Notes under the pieces: generated by a model
Database searches by the model: none
Told to the model about the DNA's origin: nothing
The model's input: only the letters and a program-made list of their open reading frames with translations
Made by a program: the position numbers and the translations under genes
Assembly: GCA_963847705.1 (NCBI GenBank)
Contig: CAWKBC010000027.1
Span: forward strand, 128,001-192,000
Direction of reading: 5' to 3'
Length of the DNA stretch: 64,000 nt
Source: an uncultured Pseudomonadota bacterium
Lineage (GTDB): Bacteria > Myxococcota_A > Polyangia > Fen-1088
In this document: one piece after another, positions 57,990-64,000 of the stretch
Layout: the number at the start of each line of letters is the position of its first letter
Numbering within the stretch: the stretch's first letter is position 1

Positions 57990-59381
57990 CTAGGGATCGT
58001 CGAGCGGTGTCGTCTCTGGAGGCGCCACCCCTCCCGTGCTCAGCCGCTTGTCGAGCTCCCGAAACCGTTCCGCCAGCGCCACAATGAACAGACCGAACGA
58101 TGTATGCAACCCGAGATTCTCCTCCAGCAACTGCCGGGGGACGACCTTGACCAGGACTTCGTCCTCGGCCTCCACGCTGGCGGTGCGGATGCCGCCCGAG
58201 AGCACCGCGGTCTCTCCGAAGACCGACCCTGCGGTCAACCGGCGCAGCACGACCCGTTGCCCGTCGACGGTCTTGTAGGCGACGCAGGTGCCCCGGACGA
58301 TGATGTAGGCGCAGTCGCCGGGGTCGCCCTCGGTCACGATCCGGGTCCCCGCCGCGAAGATCTCCGCGCTCAGCGGGAATCCGCGCAGGGTCATCTCCAC
58401 GTCCTTCTTCAGCTCGGACACCGTCTGGTACCGGTCGTTCGGATCGCGGGCCATGGCGCGCTTGACGATCCGGCAGAGGCCGAGGGGGAGGGGGGCGGTG
58501 GGATCGCCCGGGGGGAAGGTGACCACGCAGGCGGTGGCCCGGTCGAGGCAGGTGGCGACGTCTTCGCCGTCGAAGGGGGGTACGCCGGTCAGGAGGTTGT
58601 AGAGGACCGCGCCCAGGCCGAACACGTCGGTCCGTTCGTCGAACCGATCGCGCGCGCCCATCGCCTGCTCGGGCGACATGAACGACGGCGTCCCGCACGG
58701 TCCGCCCCCCACGTCGAGGTTGGCGTCCCCGGCGACGACCATGCTCGGCAGCTGGTCGGGCATGCTCCGGGCCGCCCCGACGATCGCCAGGCCCCAGTCG
58801 ACCAGGTAGACCTGGCCGAACGATCCCGCCAGGATGTTGCCCGGCTTGATGTCGCAATGCAGGACGCCGCGGCTGTGCGCGAAGGCGACCGCGTCGCAGA
58901 CCTTCACAAAGGCCGCCATCATGTCGCTCAGCACCTCGGAGAAACCGGACTGCCGTCCGGCGCGCGCGCACCAGTCGGCCAGCGTGTCCCCCTCGATCCG
59001 CTTCATCGTGAAGTAGCGGTTCCCCAGGCGATCGACGCCGATCTCGTACACGGGGGCGATGTTCGGGTGATCCAGCTGCGCCGTGATCTGGGCCTCGCGG
59101 ATGAACCGCTGGACCTCGCGCGGCCGGGCCGCCAGATCGGGGGCCAGGACCTTCATGGCGGCCACGCGCAAGAGGCCCAGATCGCGCACGGCATGAACCG
59201 ACCCCATGCCCCCCGCGCTGATCGGGTTGAGGTACTGATACCGCTCCGGCACGCTCTCGCGCGGCGTCGGCTCGGTGCCGGGTACGGGCGACGGACCCCC
59301 CTTCGCCTGCCCGGGAACTCTCGTCACCTGGTCGCCGCTGATGGTCGCCTCCTCGCCGAACTCTTGTACAACGTCGACCAT
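57990..59381 (-). CDS. Ser/Thr protein kinase with C-terminal cyclic nucleotide-binding domain
   Basis: GGMGSV, AMK, HCDIKPGN, DWG, GTPSFMSPEQ; then EGDPGDCAYII and FGETAVLSGGIRTASV. Confidence 0.92.
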   Translation of the reverse strand: MVDVVQEFGEEATISGDQVTRVPGQAKGGPSPVPGTEPTPRESVPERYQYLNPISAGGMGSVHAVRDLGLLRVAAMKVLAPDLAARPREVQRFIREAQITAQLDHPNIAPVYEIGVDRLGNRYFTMKRIEGDTLADWCARAGRQSGFSEVLSDMMAAFVKVCDAVAFAHSRGVLHCDIKPGNILAGSFGQVYLVDWGLAIVGAARSMPDQLPSMVVAGDANLDVGGGPCGTPSFMSPEQAMGARDRFDERTDVFGLGAVLYNLLTGVPPFDGEDVATCLDRATACVVTFPPGDPTAPLPLGLCRIVKRAMARDPNDRYQTVSELKKDVEMTLRGFPLSAEIFAAGTRIVTEGDPGDCAYIIVRGTCVAYKTVDGQRVVLRRLTAGSVFGETAVLSGGIRTASVEAEDEVLVKVVPRQLLEENLGLHTSFGLFIVALAERFRELDKRLSTGGVAPPETTPLDDP

Positions 59382-59477
59382 AGCTGATCGGCGGGCACAA
59401 ATGAACCGGGTCGGGGGGGGCATTTTGCACGTTCGTCATTTACAGCCTCTTCGTGGCGGTGATAATTCGGGCTGGGG

Positions 59478-60824
59478 ATGGGGAGCCAAGGGCAGAAGAC
59501 GACGATTCCCGACACCGTGCTCGCCGGCCCGAGTGGTGCGGGGAGCACGATGGCGATCCGCTGGGTCTCCCCCTCGAACGACGGTCTGCTCACACCTCTC
59601 GAGCCGGGGACGACCACGCTGGGGAGAGATCCTGGGTGCACGGCGGCGCTTCCCAGCGCCTCGGTCTCACGCCGGCACGCGGAGATTCGCTGGGCGGTCG
59701 GCGGTGCGCCCCTGCTGCTCGACCTCAACAGCACCAACGGCGTCTTCGTCAACGGGCAGGCGATCAAGAACGCCACCCTGGGCGCGCGCGATGTGGTCCG
59801 CCTCGGCGATTGGGTCGGGATCGTCGTGTCGCTGGCGGGCAACGGCTCCGAGCCCTGGAGCTTTCGCCAGCTGACGCCTGGGTATTGGGGAGGTCCCATC
59901 CTGCAATCGGCGCTGGCGCCGGCCAAGCTGGTGGCCGTCTCGGATTTGCCGGTGATCATTCAGGGCGAGACCGGCTCGGGAAAGGAGGGGGCGGCCCGCG
60001 CGATCCACGCCTGGAGCGGACGGAGGGGGGCGTTCGTGGCGCTCAACTGCGCCGCGCTCCCCGAAGCGCTCGCCGAGGCGGAGCTGTTCGGCTACCGAAA
60101 AGGGGCCTTCACCGGCGCCGAGCGGGCCAGCGCCGGCTACCTGCGCGCGGCGGAGGGGGGAACGCTGTTCCTCGACGAGATCGCCGAGCTGTCGCTGCCG
60201 ATCCAGGCCAAGCTGCTGCGCGCCGTCGAGCAGCGCGAGCTCTGCCCGCTCGGCGAGTCGACGCCGGTCGCCATCGACGTGCGGCTCCTGGCCGCCACGC
60301 AGGGCCCGCTCGGGCAGGCGGTCGCCCAGAAACGATTCCGTGGGGATCTGCTCGCGCGGCTCAGCGGCCTCACCGTCGTGATTCCGCCGCTGCGGCACCG
60401 CTCCGAGGAGATCCCCTCGCTGTTCGCCAAGATCGTGGAGCAGTTCGGCGGGCGGGACGCCGCGCCCCGCTTCGATTCCACTTTCATCGAGCGCCTCTGC
60501 ACGCACACCTGGCCCTTCAACATCCGTGAGCTCACGCTGCTCGCGCGCAGGCTGCTCGCGCTTCATCCCCACGCGGCGGTGCTCGATCACACCGTGCTGA
60601 AGGATGGCCCAGGGGCCGAGCTCGGCCTCGCCGAATCCCGGCGGACGACGCAGGAGATGCCGGCGCCCGACTCCGGGACGTTCCTGGCGGCGCTGCGCGC
60701 TCACAACGGAAACGTGAAAGCGACCGCGGAGATCCTGGGGATCAGCCGCGGTCGCGCCTATCGAATGATGGAGAAGCTCGACGCGCTCGACCTCGCCTCC
60801 CTGCGCCGAGGCGAAGGTCTTTGA
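59478..60824 (+). CDS. FHA-domain sigma54 enhancer-binding protein
   Basis: FHA motifs GR..VSRRHA..STNG; GETGSGKE, GAFTGA, FLDEI, WPFNIREL; C-terminal HTH. Confidence 0.92.
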   Translation: MGSQGQKTTIPDTVLAGPSGAGSTMAIRWVSPSNDGLLTPLEPGTTTLGRDPGCTAALPSASVSRRHAEIRWAVGGAPLLLDLNSTNGVFVNGQAIKNATLGARDVVRLGDWVGIVVSLAGNGSEPWSFRQLTPGYWGGPILQSALAPAKLVAVSDLPVIIQGETGSGKEGAARAIHAWSGRRGAFVALNCAALPEALAEAELFGYRKGAFTGAERASAGYLRAAEGGTLFLDEIAELSLPIQAKLLRAVEQRELCPLGESTPVAIDVRLLAATQGPLGQAVAQKRFRGDLLARLSGLTVVIPPLRHRSEEIPSLFAKIVEQFGGRDAAPRFDSTFIERLCTHTWPFNIRELTLLARRLLALHPHAAVLDHTVLKDGPGAELGLAESRRTTQEMPAPDSGTFLAALRAHNGNVKATAEILGISRGRAYRMMEKLDALDLASLRRGEGL

Positions 60825-60911
60825 GAGCCCCGAGATCGCGTGAGGGCGCGACGGCTTCGCCGGCTCGACCTCGTCGAGGGGGGCGCGGGACCCTGTGAGG
60901 GTCTCCCGAGA

Positions 60912-62006
60912 CTAGATACAGGCGGGCAGCATGGCGGTGACGTTGTTGCGCATCACCGTTCCGCAGGAGGGCCCGAAGGTCCAGGTGGCCGTCCCGGGGT
61001 GAGGGCCGCCGGTTCGGTTGATGACGACCGAGCCACCCGTCGGCCGGCAGCAGCCGTTGCTGCGCGTGACCCCCTGCTCGTTGATCGTCGCCGACGCCGG
61101 CCCGTTCTTCTCCTGGACGGTGGTGGTGCCGTCGACGGAGTACGAGCTGTTGCCGGAGAAGGTCACGGTGTCCATTCCGGTGTAGGTCAGATCGGCGATC
61201 ATCGTGCCGGTCGCGCTGAAGGTCTGCATCTCGCCGGTGATGTTGAAGGTCGTGGTCGTCGGCGTCTGACCGAAGGTGTAGCTGGTCATCCCCGTGTCGG
61301 TCTGCGAGGGGATCACGATCTTCCCATCCGCGTCGGAGATCGAGAGGTTGGTGATCGTCGTGGTGTGACCGAGCGTGATGGTCGTCGTGGCGCTGCAGGT
61401 CTGCTCGGACGCGGAGCGGTTGGAGAGGACGTCGAAGGTGCCGTTCAGCGTGGCGCCCGAGACCACGCAGGCGTTGAAGACCAGGGTCACGCCGTTCCGC
61501 TCCTCGGTGCTGTTGCCGCCGGCGCAGGCCGGCGTGGTGGTCTTGGGTGTGATGGTCACCTGCCCCGGGCAGACACTCTCGCCGCGGGCGAGCGCCTCGA
61601 TCACCGAGGCGATCGTCGCGCGCACGGTCGTGGCGCCGCTGCCGCCCGCGCCGCCGGCGCCGCCCGCACCTGTCGCGCCGGCCGCGCCGTTCGCCCCGGC
61701 CGTGCCGTACAAGCCGGCCACGCCGCCCAGTCCGGTGCTCGCCAGGCCGGTCGCGTCGACGCCGACCGCGGCGTAATAAAAGGCGTAGTAGTTCCAGCTG
61801 TCCGCCCAGTAGTAACCGGCGTACGAGGTGTCGACCGGGTAGTACGTCGTATAGACGTAGGGGTCATCGTAGGCGTAGGCGACCGTGGCGGTCGTGCCGT
61901 CGGTGCAGCTGCCGGCGCCGACGACGAACAACGTCAAGGCACCCATGACGGCCTGCGTCCGCCGCCCGAGAGTTCCACCGAGAGTCTTGTCGACTGATCT
62001 GTTCAT
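60912..62006 (-). CDS. Thr/Gly-rich lipoprotein
   Basis: AGSC lipobox; Tyr-rich segment; CCRPTGG and FGPSCG; AAGGAG RBS. Confidence 0.75.
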   Translation of the reverse strand: MNRSVDKTLGGTLGRRTQAVMGALTLFVVGAGSCTDGTTATVAYAYDDPYVYTTYYPVDTSYAGYYWADSWNYYAFYYAAVGVDATGLASTGLGGVAGLYGTAGANGAAGATGAGGAGGAGGSGATTVRATIASVIEALARGESVCPGQVTITPKTTTPACAGGNSTEERNGVTLVFNACVVSGATLNGTFDVLSNRSASEQTCSATTTITLGHTTTITNLSISDADGKIVIPSQTDTGMTSYTFGQTPTTTTFNITGEMQTFSATGTMIADLTYTGMDTVTFSGNSSYSVDGTTTVQEKNGPASATINEQGVTRSNGCCRPTGGSVVINRTGGPHPGTATWTFGPSCGTVMRNNVTAMLPACI

Positions 62007-62212
62007 GGCCGTCGCTCCTTTTCGGCCAAGGTAGTGCGGCATTGCTCACGGCCAATCGTCGGCCCCGCGTTCGCGACCACTCTCAAGCGACGGCCTACGC
62101 CGGGCGGGACACCGTCGTCTTCGAGATGAGTTAAGATGAAATGGTGCTGCGCATGGTTTGTGAGCTCAACCGTCGGTGCACGGGCACTTTGAGAGCGATG
62201 GTCGGCGATGGC

Positions 62213-62782
62213 ATGGGACGCCTTCTGCTGGCGCTGTCATTGGGGATCGCCGGCGCGTCCGGCGGCTGCGGGTCGAAGACCGCGACGGCCACCGGGCAGA
62301 TCAGCACGGACGCTGACTTTTCGGTCTGCTCGGGGACGCCCGCGGTGCGCTACACGCCGGGGTTGAGCGTCCTTTCAGCCTCGGGCGCCTACCGGGCCGC
62401 GATCGTGACGGCCTCGACGGACCAGGGCTCGGGTGCTCCGGTTCCGACGGCCGCCATCGGGTACGACACCTTCACCGTGGCGGTCACCGCGGTCTCCGCC
62501 GGTGACGCCGGGTCCGATGCGGGAGCGCCCCCGCCCGACGGGCTCACCATGACGACGCCGGCCATCGGGGGCGGCAGCGGCAAGCCGGCCGATCCCTACA
62601 TGCCGGTGCACCTGCACGGGGCGTCGACGGTCCCCACCATCACCGCGCAAGCGGGCGGAACGTTCTCCGTCGCGGCGATCGATTTCTTCATGGCCGGCTA
62701 CTGGGAGCTCTACCTGGAGCTGACGCCGCCCGGCGGCGCCGCCGACCCGTTGACCTTCAAGATCTGCATCCCCGACGATTAG
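62213..62782 (+). CDS. YtkA/FixH-like lipoprotein
   Basis: GGC lipobox; PYMPVHLHG and FFMAGYWEL motifs. Confidence 0.65.
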   Translation: MGRLLLALSLGIAGASGGCGSKTATATGQISTDADFSVCSGTPAVRYTPGLSVLSASGAYRAAIVTASTDQGSGAPVPTAAIGYDTFTVAVTAVSAGDAGSDAGAPPPDGLTMTTPAIGGGSGKPADPYMPVHLHGASTVPTITAQAGGTFSVAAIDFFMAGYWELYLELTPPGGAADPLTFKICIPDD

Positions 62783-62795
62783 CCAGCGGGCTGCC

Positions 62796-64000
62796 TCAGG
62801 GCGAAGCGGGAGGGGCCGGGCAGTGGGCGTAGCTGGTGGTCACCGTGGTGTTGGTCTTGTAAACGCCCGTCGCCACGCAGGTCATGGGCTCGTTGGTCGC
62901 GGGGTCGAGAGTCTGGAAGGCGTTGGACGCCGTCGGTGTCCAGTCGAGCGTCGCGCCGCCGCCGAGGGCGTAGCGCGCGATCTGCGGCGGGACCGACGGG
63001 TCGAGGTCGCCGCTGGCGACCAAGCTGGCGAGCACGTCGTCGCCGATCGCCTGCAGGTGCACCGTCACCTTCACCTCGTCGAGAGTCGCGGGGAGGGTGG
63101 AGGGGGTGACGCTAGGGTACTCCAGCGTGAAGTGCGCATTGAACGTCGCCGGATCGTTGACGTTCTGGATCAGCAGGCCGGGGAGCTGATTGCTGGGAGC
63201 GACGGTCACCGCCTGCCAGAACATCTGCACCTCGGCGCCGGTCCCGTCATAGATGCAGTCGCGGATGAGCCACAGATCGGGATCCGGCGAGCCCTCCAGC
63301 GGCAACGCGCTCGGCCAGGCGCCGACCGCGTCGCTGTTGCCGCTGGCGTAGACGACGTTTCCCCCCTGGTAGGCGGTCAGCTCGACCCAGGCGCGGCGAT
63401 CGGGCGTGGCGCCGCTCGGCCAGCTGTGTCCGGCGGCGCCCACGTTGTCCAGTGTCAGCATCAGCTTATGCGTGATCTGCTTGAAACAGAGCGTCTCCTG
63501 GATTGCGGTGGAAAGAAAAGCGGTGGCGGCGGCCTGCTGGGCGGCGTTCTGGGGCGTAATCCCGCTGGCGGCGTCGGCGGGTGGGAAATCGCTGACCGCC
63601 AGGTCGACGGCGGGGAACATGTGGCTGTGGACGCGGCGGATCTTGCTCGGCGTGGTGGTCGAGACGGCGCCGTCGCTGGCCACCATGTGGCACTCGGCGC
63701 AGCTCTCGCCGCCCGGCGACTGCGAGAGCGTGGTGGCGGTCCACTCGGCGAAGGTCCGCTCGACGTGGGCGCCCTGCAGGTTCTGGATGTCGTGGCAGCT
63801 CCCGCAGGCGTTGGCCGAATCGGAGGTGGCGCCGTCGAGCAGGCGTGAGTAGGAGACGTTGTGCGGCGAGCCAGGCAGGGGATCGTCGAACGGCCCGAAC
63901 AGGCTGCCGTTCGAGGCCAGCGTCAGCGGATCGTTGTGCGTCCCGGTCACCGACTCGATCGAGTGGCAGAAGTAGCAGGTCACTCCCTTGAGCGGCTGCG
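62796..64000 (-). CDS. Multiheme c-type cytochrome (partial; start beyond the right edge)
   Basis: CYFCH, CGSCH and CAECH; ERTFAEW, HSHMF, GHSWPSGA. Confidence 0.85.
   Translation of the reverse strand, partial: QPLKGVTCYFCHSIESVTGTHNDPLTLASNGSLFGPFDDPLPGSPHNVSYSRLLDGATSDSANACGSCHDIQNLQGAHVERTFAEWTATTLSQSPGGESCAECHMVASDGAVSTTTPSKIRRVHSHMFPAVDLAVSDFPPADAASGITPQNAAQQAAATAFLSTAIQETLCFKQITHKLMLTLDNVGAAGHSWPSGATPDRRAWVELTAYQGGNVVYASGNSDAVGAWPSALPLEGSPDPDLWLIRDCIYDGTGAEVQMFWQAVTVAPSNQLPGLLIQNVNDPATFNAHFTLEYPSVTPSTLPATLDEVKVTVHLQAIGDDVLASLVASGDLDPSVPPQIARYALGGGATLDWTPTASNAFQTLDPATNEPMTCVATGVYKTNTTVTTSYAHCPAPPASP

Noticed and set aside
62039-62054. sigma54 promoter upstream of the 60912-62006 lipoprotein
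   Set aside because: TGGCCGTGAGCAATGC has 11-nt GG-to-GC spacing, which is non-canonical.

Overview
This is high-GC DNA with a myxobacterial (Myxococcota-like) gene repertoire, and it falls into five blocks. (1) 1-28.6 kb is a low-oxygen/dormancy-type cluster: ppsA, cytochrome bd cydAB, glycogen phosphorylase, a globin-coupled histidine kinase, hemerythrin-like, CBS, USP, BON, OsmC, PPK2, Zn-ADH, three YceI proteins and a porin. It is littered with short gene relics. About eleven sigma54 -24/-12 promoters here sit near a recurrent palindrome, CGCA-N5-TGCG, that occurs in pairs exactly 30 bp apart, and seven of these promoters predict near-leaderless mRNAs. (2) 28.9-39.7 kb holds a GH5 glucanase, an ECF sigma/FecR module, c-type heme surface proteins, several truncated genes and a decayed tyrosine integrase just upstream of tRNA-Leu(TAG). 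(3) 40.7-45.7 kb is a GlnT/GmaS-like ligase, a MetX-like hydrolase and a MocD-like desaturase, divergent from an APC permease. (4) 46-60.8 kb holds a GH6 glucanase and the most unusual locus: a Linocin_M18 (Family 1-like) encapsulin with a C-terminal coiled-coil extension, in an operon with a FAD oxidoreductase and a polyprenyl synthase. That operon is flanked by a class III nucleotide cyclase-STAND-TPR protein and by a Ser/Thr kinase carrying a cNMP-binding domain. (5) 60.9-64 kb encodes lipoproteins and a partial multiheme cytochrome. All family assignments come from recognising motifs by eye; no searches were run.
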